A program made the translations under genes and the position numbers. DNA of 64,000 nucleotides, from contig NC_134026.1 in NCBI RefSeq assembly GCF_964204645.1, positions 1,263,950 to 1,327,949 of the forward strand, in the 5' to 3' direction. The stretch comes from Tubulanus polymorphus (taxonomy: Eukaryota > Animalia > Nemertea). Each line of letters starts with the position of its first letter. Position 1 is the stretch's first letter. Below the pieces are notes generated by a model, which was given only the letters and a program-made list of their open reading frames with translations, ran no database searches and was not told the origin of the DNA. Shown piece by piece: positions 38,568 through 51,100 of the stretch.

Positions 38568-40971
38568 TCAATCTTGATGTTCATGGTCGACGTTGTTTAA
38601 TCGATTATCTTCGACGATAACCGGAGCTCGATGACGAATTCCGTTCGGAACGTTCATTATTCGTCTGTTATTATTCTGTACGAGATCTCGTACATCGTCG
38701 CCTTCCTCGTCGTTCGAAAATTCATCATCTGTTTTATAGATGACTTCGTGACACAACGGGCACCGATCCTGTACGTACAGCCACTTTCTCAGACACACGC
38801 CGTGGAAGAAATGATGACAGCGAGTGATCCGCGCCGACTGTAACTCTTGATAACATATCGCGCATACGTCGTTGTGCGAGTGTATTTGTTGACTGGTCGC
38901 GCACGGCAACGAGTTTATCTTGTTGACGGCGGTTCGTCGCCGTTTGAAAACTTTCCAACCTTCCTTCGCTTGAACCCAGATGTTGAAATACGCGTGTATG
39001 CACATCATGATCGCGCGTATCGTTCCGCCGGATTCGAACACCATGATCCAGAATCCGTTACCGAACAGGAATATACCGAACAGAAACTCGATCGAGCTTC
39101 CCGTCGCTCGTAAGTAGTAAACGTAATCGTCGAGCGCCTCCCAGAAAACGTCCCGATAAGCGTCGACCATGAATAGCGTATAAACTAACAACGATATCGT
39201 CACTTTAATAATCACTTCGACGCTGAAAGCGGTCACCGCCATCAGCCATGTACTAACGCTATATTCCTCCCATAGATGGCGCAAAAGCCACGACGGGAAC
39301 ACGACGAGAAACGCGCACATCGACAACGCGCGGAAATGTTTTTTCACCGAAGTGCTCCGCGACGCGCTTAACGACATCAATATCGGATTCACCATACTAT
39401 GTACGAAATGTAAAATGGCCGTCGACAATAGACAAAAGTTACGAAACAATCGGAGAATGCGCATATCCGGGTGTAATCCGGTGAGACCGGTCTGTAGCGC
39501 GAGAATAAAAAACAAAATCGCCGACACGGTGCCCATATTTTGGCCTTCTTCGTTTTCGGAGCCGACATACGCCGCGAACAGCAAGCCGATGTTCTGAGTG
39601 ACGACCGAAACGACGCTGGTCATACCGAGCAACGCGACGACCGTATCACAGCCGTTAATCAGCAGCTCGCGCGATATCGCAGTCGCGTTCTCGTACGATA
39701 TATACGCGCGGCCGGTTTCGCGTTCATTATCGACGATACGATTAATCGCGAACGCGACGACCTGATAGAAAAAACGCGTAATCCAAAACACGCGTAATAC
39801 GTCCGGAACATTTATACGTATCCACTGATTCTCGATGTATCCTTGTATGCCGTAATTCTGAATGAGCAACCGATTGAAATAATACGTCTCGACCGACGCT
39901 CGGTAGAACTGTCGCAGTTTCGTGACGACGAACGCGATCATCTCGACGAGCGGAAACGTCAACGACACGATCGGCGTTTTTAACAACATCAATTCGGGCA
40001 ACGCGAGAACCTTCGAAACGGATGGGAACAAAAACGAAAAATACGTCAACGAACGCAGCGAACTGGCGAACAGGTTCGTATAGATACCGTGTCGAAACCA
40101 CGGCTGATCCAATCGTAAACTGTTGAAGTTATACGCTAATCCAATTTGTAGGAATAGATTGATCGCGAACGTTCGCATATTATACCAAAATGAAACTTGA
40201 TGACGCTGGTCTTGATGCGTGGTCGTACTGCTGCCTAGTTTCAGTACCATATGACGGTTCCACACGTAAGCGATGAATATCATTCCACTGGAGAGGATGA
40301 AGTTATACGTTTGCATCAGTTGTTCAGTTGTCATGAAGAACATCAGTAACGCACCGACTAAAACTAACAATAGATATATCAATATTAATCTTACGATTAG
40401 AAGTACAGTGTCGTTGGAAGTGCAGCGACTGCAGCTGCGAAAGCCGCGGCAATAATTTCCTGAATGACGTTTTTTTGTCTTTCTATACCATGTTTTTGAA
40501 GAAATTAAGTAAATTCACTGCGGCAATATATAGAACCCGTCCAAAATCGGCATTTTGCAGCAGCAATCAAAAATTGCTCCAACGCGCCTGTCGATATTAT
40601 ATGGCACAATTTACGATTAGGGGATTGTACACCATCGCATAGTTGTATATGTGCCATGGTACATACTCTGGAAGGGTTGAAGCGAGCTTTTCTACGTGTA
40701 TGTGGAAGTTACAAAAATTCATGATTTTTTAGGCTATCTTACGACAAAACGCCGCAAAGCAAAAAAAGCGAATATGAAACTTACAGGAAATTATGAGCAT
40801 TACCGACGAACAAAATCTGATGCTTAACCATGGCGCATCGGCCGAGAAAGAGACAAAATCTGGAATGATGAACGTAAATAGCGATTTACTCAACACGGAA
40901 TCGATAATGAACAGTGGTGGTACCCTCATTAACAGGTCCACCATCGCCATGTATCTGCTCTGTATCGGCAT
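38568..40971 (-). CDS. RNF139: TRC8/RNF139 multi-pass ER membrane RING-H2 E3 ligase; exons 40971-40785 and ~40363-38568
   Basis: DLLMRVPPLFIID; WIRINVPDVLRVFWITR; LFFILALQTGL; DDYVYYLRATG..IEF; RING CAICYQE..CHHFFHGVCLRKWLYVQDRCPLCH. Confidence 0.92.
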
Positions 40972-41312
40972 CGTCTCCTCCTCCTCGGCTCGGGTATCTT
41001 CACTAAATTCAAACTCTTCTTACAAATTCAATCACCATCTTAAACGCAAATTTCTACATTCTTTTTGAATTTGTCCATTTCTTGACATTTTCAATCCTTT
41101 CGATACCACCGGAAACCCGGAAGTCCGATTTATCGTCCGTAATTTAGGGATTATCGTTATCAAATTTTATTTTCTAAAAGTCCGGTCCATTAGTCCGTCG
41201 ATCAATTCAATTAAAACTTTATTCTGTAGACGGAACTCGTCGTTAAAAAAATTTCGTAATTCGTCGCTTTTGATTTATTCGTGACGGTTAGAATTGCGCA
41301 GCTCGATTAAGA
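40972..41312. promoter_or_regulatory. Bidirectional promoter of RNF139/RNF145 with tandem ETS-like sites
   Basis: 341 bp between divergent ATGs; ccggaaacccggaagt at 41109-41124. Confidence 0.65.
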
Positions 41313-43504
41313 ATGTGGAGTTTAACGGATAGACGAAGTTTAGCTATGGCTGTCAATGTTGTATTACGTGTTCCCAGTCTAATTCTGTTGGAATTTTGGT
41401 ACCGAACTAACCCGGAAGATATTGCAGATGATTATTTCGGGGACGATTCGACCGATGACATGGAAGCCGTAGTTTCATTTTTGTATTACTCGGGTAGGTG
41501 AAAGTATTATATGGGAAAAAATGTATTACTAAGGGACCCAGTTTATACGCCCAGCATTTCTAGTGTTCACCAGTTCACATATCTTGCTAATAATATATGT
41601 TTCTATTGTATGTTTCAGTACTCGCTGTTGCGTTATCTCTGTTATTGTTACCGATGAACAAATTGATCAATTTATATCTATACGTGCTCAGTGGTGCGAT
41701 ACTTACGATGATGCATTTCGCCGCGTTGCGTTACGTCGAAGAAGAGCGTAGCAGAATTACGAGCGACGCTAATCAAGTTCCGGTATACGAAGATAAAGCC
41801 TCCATGCAACTGATCGGAATGCACCTGGTTATCCAGGTAGTTTTCGCGGCGCTGATCGCGTACCTGCTTCCGATAAAAGACTGGACTCGATTCTTGTTAT
41901 TGATGTATACGTTACCGATGTTGTCGCGAGCGATCAATCTACCGGTCGAGAATCTACCCGTCGTTCATAACTTTGCGTCGATATTCATGATGTTGATGTG
42001 TTTGATGGTCGTATTTAATAACATCGGTATGATTATAGACATGGCTAAAGCCGCCGTTAACGAAGCTAACATGCTCATACAAGTCATGGGTTGGTTGCAG
42101 TTTTTCATTTCGATGTGGTCGAGACTGTTCCTTGCGTCGCAGTTTTTGATATTTTGGATTATCTTGTTGGTCGGACAGCTGTACGCGCTTTACGTCGACG
42201 GCAAATATTTGAACAAAGAAGGACTGATTTTATACGTTTTAGCGAGTGTTTCGGAGTGTTGCGTAACTCCGGTTAGTCTGATCGGATTGTGCGTAACGGT
42301 GTCGTACTTGGCTTGGTTTATACTCGTACTTACGAAACTGCTTTTAAAAGGTTGGGACGGTCTCGTTCTGGGTCGCGAGCAGACTGGCTGGACGGAAGGT
42401 TTTACGATGTTGCTTCTCGGCGTGCAAACCGATATCATGGGTTTGAAATCGAATCAACGCGTGTTCCTGATGAGCATCGTGTTGTTTATCGTCGTGTTAT
42501 CGTTGATTCAGTCGATGTATGAATTAACCGACCCGGTTTTACTGGCTCTCAGCGCGTCGCACAATAAAAGCGTTATTAAACACGTTAAAGCCGTTGTATT
42601 GAGCACGTTTCTGTGGATGTTCCCGTTGTTTATGACGTACGCGATTTGTCAGTTTTTCGAATTGGATTATTGGTTGTTAGTGATTATATCGAGTTGCGTT
42701 TTGACGTCGATGCAGGTTCTAGGATCGATGGCTGTCTACGCGTTATTCATTTACGATTCATTACTTGAGAAACCGTGGGAGAATCTCGATGATATCGTTT
42801 ATTGGGTTAAAGCCGTAACGCGCGTGTTAGAATTCATCGTGGCTGTGTTCGTCGTTTTGTACGGCGTCAAAGAATCGATATTCGGCAGCTGGAGTTGGGT
42901 GAACTCTTCAATATTGGTATTCCACTTTTATTTCAACGTGTGGCAAAGACTTCAGTCGGGTTGGAAAAGTTTTCTGCTTCGACGCGAAGCCGTGCGTAAA
43001 GTCGAGTCTCTTCCGTTCGCGACCGACGACGAGCTTCGCTTGCACAACGACGTCTGCGCGATTTGTTACCAGGAAATGCGCGAAGCTCACGTCACTCCTT
43101 GTCGGCATATTTTCCATTCGATTTGTCTACGGAAGTGGCTGTACGTGAAAGAGAACTGTCCGATTTGTCACCAAGTCATAGAATTCCAGCCGACCGCGGC
43201 GAAAACAACGACGAATGATGACGAAGACAACGATTTGTTACTAAGAGACAACGAAGATGAATGGGAAGATCTGAATGATTTCATTCATTACGACGGAGAC
43301 AGTGATTATTCGAGTTCTGAATCGCACAATAGTGACATCATACGCGTAAACGTACGGTTTATTCCCGAAGACAACGAGCCGCCATCGGTCGACGGCGCTG
43401 TCGCTCCTAGCGATGGCAGCGGTGACCCGAGCGGTGCCGATTCACGAAAATTAAAATCAGATCATGAAAATGAATCGCAGGCCGATGATAAAGAATCCAG
43501 CTAG
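41313..43504 (+). CDS. RNF145: RNF145 multi-pass ER membrane RING-H2 E3 ligase; exons 41313-41493, 41619-43504
   Basis: AVNVVLRVPSLILL; LYLYV (YLYF-like); GWTEGFTMLLLGVQT; SCVLTSMQVLG; YFNVWQRLQSGWKSFLLRREAVRK; RING-H2 CAICYQEM..CRHIFHSICLRKWLYVKENCPICH. Confidence 0.92.
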
Positions 43505-44215
43505 ACAGTTGGTTTATTTTTTTGTCGACAGGGGTCAGATAGATGGAAAAATCGATGTCTGCATAGAATATTTTGAAAAGAAATTAGAAAATAAGAATGA
43601 TCACCTTTTTAAATTCCGTATCCTGGAGCTTAGAATTCACACACAAGAATTTATCTTAATCTATCCAGAGTGTGATCAATAACTGCTTTTGTTATTGTAC
43701 CCCGATATGAAACATCTTGAGATTTGATATTTTGTTGTAAAAAAAAAGGTCAATATACAGTAAAGATTCCCGCGAGTTCAACAATCTGACCCCTGATCGA
43801 ACTATATATATGTGGTGTCAGCCATCAATAGTCATATGTATCTATGTTATCTACTTCATTATTATGTGATAGATTTAAGTTGATCTGAATAATCAAGAAA
43901 TACATGTATATTTTTATGCTGATTCTGGTAAACAACACTAAAGATAATGATATAATAGACATTACACACTGAGCCTAATTAAACGCCTTCCGGGCCTATA
44001 TTGCTGCATTTTAGTTATAATCAGATATCAATTTGTCATTTGTTTTCTTTTTGTTTTGATAAGCTACAATTGTTCTCCTATATCTTATATTTTTCGGTAC
44101 AAACCAAATTGTTGTCATATCGCTATGTAATTTGTTGACTTTTACAATGTAATAAAATTGTATTGTATCAGTTATTTTCAATATATGCGTATTGCTATTG
44201 TTTATATTAGTTTTA

Positions 44216-44356
44216 AGGTCTGGTTCATTGTCACATGTCCTAGAAATCCATTGAGTTGAATTGTATCCTTTCCTGCATGAAGAAAATGAATCAATGAGGT
44301 CTTGTTCACCGTCACATATCTTAGAAATCCATTAAGTTGAATTGTATCCTATCCTT
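44216..44356. repeat. ~80-bp direct duplication between convergent 3' ends of RNF145 and DNAAF11
   Basis: aggtct.gttca..gtcacat.tc.tagaaatccatt.agttgaattgtatcct occurs twice. Confidence 0.7.
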
Positions 44357-44533
44357 AAAGAAGAAAATAGTTCAGATGCCAAACTGGTATAAGTGTTAGC
44401 AGGATGAACTTGGCCTTGTTTCATTACAGTCCACACAGAAGTAAGAAGTAGATATTGTAAAGAAATGTAAATAATTTATTCTATAAAACCAATTTCAATT
44501 TCTAAATGGACGGTACACGTATTTTGATATGTC

Positions 44534-47500
44534 TTATATCAATGGAGGAACATCTGGATCGTCCACAAAGTCTGCACTGTTCGGTCGTTCTGGTAGATTA
44601 GATCTATAGTCTCTGTGACCGAGTGGAGGCACAACCTTTTTGTCCTTTACAATATTTGAATAATCCAGTTTTTTACTGTTATCAACTTCCAGTCTTTCAT
44701 GACCATTAGACTGTCTGAAAACCACCGAATAATATCATTTCATGAGATAAACAACAAGTTTTAACAAGTTGAAAATGGCTTCAAAAGCTTTAAGCATTAA
44801 GAAACATATTTCAAATTTGAATATCAATTTAAGACCCATATGTAATGAGCCTGGTGTACAGTGGAATTGGGGGGCACTGGGTTGCTTGTCTTACCTTTTT
44901 TCATCACTTTCAGTGGACTTTGATTTTGCTTTTGGATTATTTTTCTTCACTATCATCGGCTTTGCCTGAAAGCGATTACAAATTCAGGATTTAAATCAGA
45001 TATATGTACATGTGCAATGATTATTTTGACATACCTTTGGCATTGTAACTAATAAATGTCCTGTAATCTGAGAACGTTTTGCAGTGCTAGCATCAGGATT
45101 CACTTCTTCGGGAAGCTCCAACTGAAAGGCCTTAAATGAAAAAACGTTCCTAGCCTACTTCATTTCTATGGAAAAAACAGACACCTTCTTCAGCCAATAC
45201 ATACCTTGCCTTTAACAAATGCTCGAACATATTTTGGTTGTACATCGATGTCTATTAGCGATGTGTCTAGGTACCTAAAATGAACTTTTCATCAATTACA
45301 CAGAAAACAATTTTCTTCGAATACAGATCTTAAATTCTGTACTCACTTATAAACAGCTAAATCTAATGTGATGTCGTTAGTTTCATCGTTTTCAACTAAG
45401 GAAAACTCCAATCTAAAATGGAAAATGATGCACCCACATTAAACAGGTTATTTCAATGTAGCACAATTATACCGAGTTATTGGAATAAATTCTCACTTTG
45501 CTTCGTTGACATTCAACGCATGACCATCATTTGCTATCAGACGCCTTGGTTTCTTTGGTTCCTCTTCCCTACAATGACAAATATGATTGAATAATCTACA
45601 TGTACCTGCTTTTTTAACAGTAAAGTGGCAGAGGAATTTTTCAACTTACTCTTTTTGTTTTTCTTTGGCTTTCTTATTTTTCATATGTTCATGTACTTCG
45701 ATTCTAGATTCGGGACTAAACGGGACCTTTTCATTCCAAAATCTGAACGAAAAATATAATTTCATTTCACCAAAACATTATCGAAAGATTACGAGAAGTT
45801 TATACAGTCAGAGATACAGTACTCACTCAGAATCATCATCATCACCATTTCCCTTATTCGTATTTTCTTCCACCTGCACAGATTCACTGAATATAAAAAT
45901 ATAAGAATATGAATAATCAGATGAATAAATGTGACAAGGGAAGCAATAAGACGCATACCTGTTCATGTCAGTATACCATCTACCATCAAATCCTGGCTTT
46001 TTTTCTTTATTTTGCTTCCTCAATCCTGCATCACATTTTTCCTTCTCCTAAATTGTTTGAATAAAGATTAACCCAACACTACTATTTTGTGTACGTCGCC
46101 CGTTCAAAAACATCTCTAATGTCACTCACCCTTTTCTTTCTATGTTGTGTCTGTTGGGCAATAATTGCTTTTCGTTTCACCTCATAATCCTGTTATAAAG
46201 AGCATCAAATCTAATTACTGGTACTTGTTTTTCATATTCTTCAAGTTAGGACTAAAGATGAGTATAAAAATACCACAAGCTTCAGACTTCTTCGTACCTG
46301 TTTTGCGAGTATTCTTTCCTTTTTACTGACTTCATTTCCATCAAGATACTGAAAAAATAAGCCAATTCAATGATACAAACAACATTCAGAAAACTTATCG
46401 AAGAACATTATTCCCCAAAGATGAATGTACCTTTAAATGAGGGAGAGTAGCTATAACATATTCTCTATAGTATTCGAATTCTGCACAAGGGTTACCAGTG
46501 AGGTATCTAAAAATACAATAAAATAATTACGACGATTAGATAATTGATTACTAGTATTCTACTGAGCTGGTCATACACTGTAAATAAACTGATCTAATTA
46601 TTCATTTAACCTATTGATTCTTACAATGTGTGAAAATGCTCCAAATGACACAGACTGTCAACGCTTGTTAGTTCACCGACAAAATTTATAGTGAGATCCA
46701 ATTTTTCAAGTGATTCACAACCTAAAAAGCAAATCAATGAGTAAAGAAAATAGTCATATAGATAGATAGAGTCATATACGATCATTACTCTAATCTTCAT
46801 TAGGGCAAACAGGGTGATAAATGAAAAAGAGAACTAAGTGTCTTTACTAACCTTCTAAATTTTCAATAAGTTCAACATTGTTCAACGCCAAATTGAGATA
46901 TTCTAGTTTTTTTAATTTGCTGACATTTTCTGCAAAAGAAATGGTTGATGGTGTCAATATATCAATTTACAGTTTATACGCCCCAGCTACCATAGTCAGT
47001 AACCAGTCTGTGGTTTAGTTTCACGATCGGATATTTTCACAAACCAAATATAGATGGTATTAGCCCAAAAAAGGATTACCACCAATGATTAGGTTAAGCT
47101 ACCACAAAATAAATGACTAAGTGGTTTTACCTATCTTCGGAATAAGGTTACTTTGTAAATAAAGTATTTTCAAATCTTTGCACCATCTATCCAAATGCTC
47201 TATTCTGAAAAATAAAAATTTCCATAACTAAAACTAATAATTCATATGACTACTTAGTAGAAAAAAGGCATTTAAATTAATATATACTTTTCAATATCTT
47301 GCTGATGAAGTGAAATTTCCTCAAGAGTGGATATCTGCAATTCATTATGTTCAGCCCTTGATCTTACAAGCTGCTCAGTAACTAAAATATAGATATAATA
47401 TATTTAAGACATAATGTATTGAAACTGAAAGTAGCAGTTACAGACTATGGTATTTTTACTTTGGTGCCTGCTTAGGCGGTTATCAGAACATCTTATGAGC

Positions 47501-47577
47501 AGGTTTATATTTTCATTATGTACTTTTTTATTTATATTTACACATTAACTCAACAAGTTTAACCTACTTTTGACCAT
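44534..47577 (-). CDS. DNAAF11: Dynein axonemal assembly factor 11 (LRRC6/tilB), ~17 small exons (47577-47568, 47381-47288, 47204-47131, 46929-46852, 46721-46625, 46506-46431 ... last ~44714-44534)
   Basis: [34 protein letters not shown]; [24 protein letters not shown]; [19 protein letters not shown]; [11 protein letters not shown]; GFDGRWYTD; C-terminal [11 protein letters not shown]. Confidence 0.92.
46985..47105. mobile_element. Short interspersed repeat shared with 48346-48455
   Basis: agtcagtaacc..tgtggtttagtttcacgat.ggatattttcacaaa...ttaccaccaa.gattagg present in both introns. Confidence 0.65.
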
Positions 47578-48103
47578 TTTAGATATTTATGTTAGTTATT
47601 TCCATCGAACATCCTGGAATTCTTCTATTTCTTCGTTGGCAATGACGCTTCAAACAGCGCCCTCGTAATTCAATTCAATGTTATTCTATTGGATAGACTG
47701 GTTGCCTGTCTCAAAGGGCAAAAAACATATAAACACTGTGGTTACGATCGATGGATTGGCGATTGATGATTAGCGACCTGACGAAAAGCGAACGGCGATT
47801 GATTTATTATTTATTTACACTCAAACCCATTACAGGTATTAGAAGGACAACACAAAATCTACAAATTTTACAACACTGTAGAAAATTTACAAATTCGACA
47901 ACAAAATTCCGGTATCGTCCAGTGGCGCCATCGAACGCACCAATCCAAAACTAAAACCAGGAAATGACGACACTGTAATGACCAATAGACGAGATAGACA
48001 TTGATTAGCAGCAAATTGACCAAATTTAACTAATTTACACTGGAAAATTTCCCTGAATTCTGACCCTTAGACAAACTATGTTCATTACTGATAATCTGAA
48101 GTG
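47578..48103. promoter_or_regulatory. Bidirectional promoter DNAAF11/GAK
   Basis: 526 bp between divergent ATGs; CCAAT/ATTGG boxes at ~47688, 47755, 47940, 47982. Confidence 0.55.
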
Positions 48104-51100
48104 ATGTCCGAATTTTTCAAATCAGCGATCGGTTACCTGAGCAGCGGTTCAGTTGGCGTGGATAATAATGATTTTGTTGGTCAGTATGTGGAACTGGGTA
48201 ATCAAAAGTTACGAATTAAACGAGTCATTGCTGAAGGTAAGTGTTATATCCACAATTAGATAATTGTAGTAAAGCCATTTGACTTTTTGGGGATTGATTC
48301 AAGGAAAGCCAGGCGCCGTTTTAAAAAAGGGCTTGTCAATAATGTGGTAGTCAGTAACCTGTCTGTGGACTGTGGTTTAGTTTCACGATTGGATATTTTC
48401 ACAAAAATCCCATCCGATTATAAAAAGCTTACCACCAACGATTAGGTAACTATCTAGTCAATAATGCAGCCACGGGGTCCAAAATCAGATTAATAAACCT
48501 ATCCTCCCTAAACACCAGTACCTCTGGTCTCTAAGAGTTAATACTGTTATAGGTGGTAGGCCTACCTTAGGATGTAAATCTTTATGTGACATGTTGATTT
48601 AGTCTAGCATAGTTTCAGGCTAATGTCTTTCAACTTCAGAGCTCAACTGGTGGCCTAGCTTGGTCAGTTTGATGGTACATACCTGATAAAAGTCTTAGGT
48701 AAAAGTGCAGATCCGCGCCTCTTGAGTGATTGACACAATCTGCTGAATGACAGAATCCAGGCTAAAATCTTTCTACTCTCTAGTGAAGATATCTTAAAAT
48801 TAACCAATGGCAATGTACTGAATTGCTGATGACATTTTGAATCTGAAACAATGATATTTAATGTATAATTGATTGAACCGTTTACGCGGAGAGGTGCGGA
48901 TCTGCACTTTTACCAAGTCTTATTAGGACCAGGAAGGACTGGCATTTGACATAAAATATTGATTTTTAATACATTTTAATTATATCGAAGGATATCCAAA
49001 AAATCTGCATTATTTGAAAGTTGTTGAAAAGAGACTCCATGATTTGAAAGTAAAATTAGTGTTCAATGACTGACAGATGTTTCGATAGATTTTTAATGAC
49101 AAATGTCATTATTTTTGCAGGTGGATTTGCTTTCGTGTTCGTTGCTCAGGATCTTGCATCCAGCAAAGAATACGCTCTGAAGGTATGGATTCTTTTTGAT
49201 TTTGCCACTTCATTTATGACGATTACTCTGATCGATACTGCTGAATGGTTTGTAATGTGTTTTTTATTTGTGGTTATGTATTTTGTAGAGATTGTTGGCG
49301 AATGACGAAGAAAAAAATAAATCCATTATTCAAGAGATTTGTACTCTAGTATCCTTTAAAGCAGTAAAACTAAAAAAAAAACTCTGAGGAACCTCTGATG
49401 ATGAGGCTTAGTTAGAGCCTCGAAACTGTAAGGAAAATAAACTGTTTTTACAGATCTAACTGTGGGTTTTTATTCGTCCACAAAGAATGTTAATTACCGG
49501 CAATTCATCTTCAAGTCTTTCTCTTTTTTGCACATTTCAGTTTACAACTTTTCTCGTTAGTGAATCATTTTGTTAATCGCTAATGAACGTGTTACATTTA
49601 AACAAATCTTTCCTTCATGATTGTTATAGAAAAAACTGTCCGGTCACCCGAACATAGTGACTTTCATTGCAGCTGCGTCGATTAGTAAAGAAGAATCTGA
49701 TCATGGCCAATCAGAATATTTGATACTTACTGAACTCTGTAGCGGTAAGTTTTATTATTTTCATGTATAGAAAAACACTTCAGTTAAGCAGCAAATAATA
49801 CAGTTATTTGTATGAATATGTTAGCTCCATCCTCGCTAACCAGATCTTCACCCGTCAAGGGATTCGAACCCACTACGCTGAAGCTGCTCCTCGAACCCCT
49901 TGACCTCACGAGTCGTTGGAGTCGTTACTAGCCGACCAGAATCCGGACGTACCAATCACAGCGCTTGTAACAAACGACATTAGGCTTCTTTTGGTTTTCC
50001 CCTTTAATGGACAAATCAGCGAACGTTTTACTGAACAAGGGCCAGTAATGAAATCGCGCGCGTGAGGCCAGGGGGCGCTGGTGGAAGCGAGTTCGGGGAG
50101 CGATAGGGAACCCCTGACAAGCGAGGATGTGCTAGTCACCTCTCGTCTAAGCTCATTTGTCGATTATATACAGCACGCATTTTTGATTATGCTTGATTTA
50201 ATTGATATTCAATCTTTGATTAGATTGATTAGCGTTGAAGTTATTTTCAATTCTATTTTTGTTTTCGTTTGTTATTTGTTCAGGAGGAGAACTAGTGGAT
50301 GTTTTGAAATATCGAGGAAGTCCGCTTACCTGTGATGATGTTATACACATATTTTATCAAACGTGTCGCGCCGTGCAACACATGCATAAACAAAATCCTG
50401 CAATTATTCATCGAGATCTTAAGGTAAACATCATCAACATCGAATTGATTCAATATAACTAGTTCTTCGTTTTCAACTGTCTTTTGGGGTATCTCAGAAA
50501 TTTCAAGGGGGCCAGACCCCGAAGAAAGTAGAAAATATTTCATCGGATATTTTTCATTTGAGAAAACATGTTTGTTGTGATATCTAATTTCACGCTCTTC
50601 TCTCGTTATTAACAGATTGAGAATCTGTTATTGAGCAGCCGCGCTAGTGTGAAACTGTGTGATTTCGGCAGTGCTACAACCAAAACTCACGAACCTGATC
50701 ACAGTTGGTCTTCCATCAGACGTAGCATGGTTGAGGATGAAGTAAGTGACTAAATAAAAACTTTGACATTCAACTGATTTGTAATCGATAAATAGAATTC
50801 CTGTGATAGATTTTCGGTGTCAAACGTACCTTCCTAATTGTATGCGGAAGAGAAAAGTGAATTATCTAAATGAAATGTTTGTTTCTCCAGATTGCGCGTA
50901 ATACAACTCCGATGTACAGAGCTCCCGAAATGTTAGATCTATATCAGAATTTTCCTATAAATCAAGCCGTTGATATCTGGGTAATTATAAATCTGATCAA
51001 TCATATCTATGACTGGTATCCCTACAAATATCCACTAGAATTTCAGGGCTTCACGTATCATGATGTTTGTTTTAAGGCGCTGGGTTGTGTATTATATATG

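Noticed and set aside
40459-40785. In-frame TGA (possible selenocysteine or readthrough) if RNF139 exon 1 splices to the acceptor at 40460
   Set aside because: A downstream acceptor at 40364 gives an open frame that aligns with the RNF145 junction.
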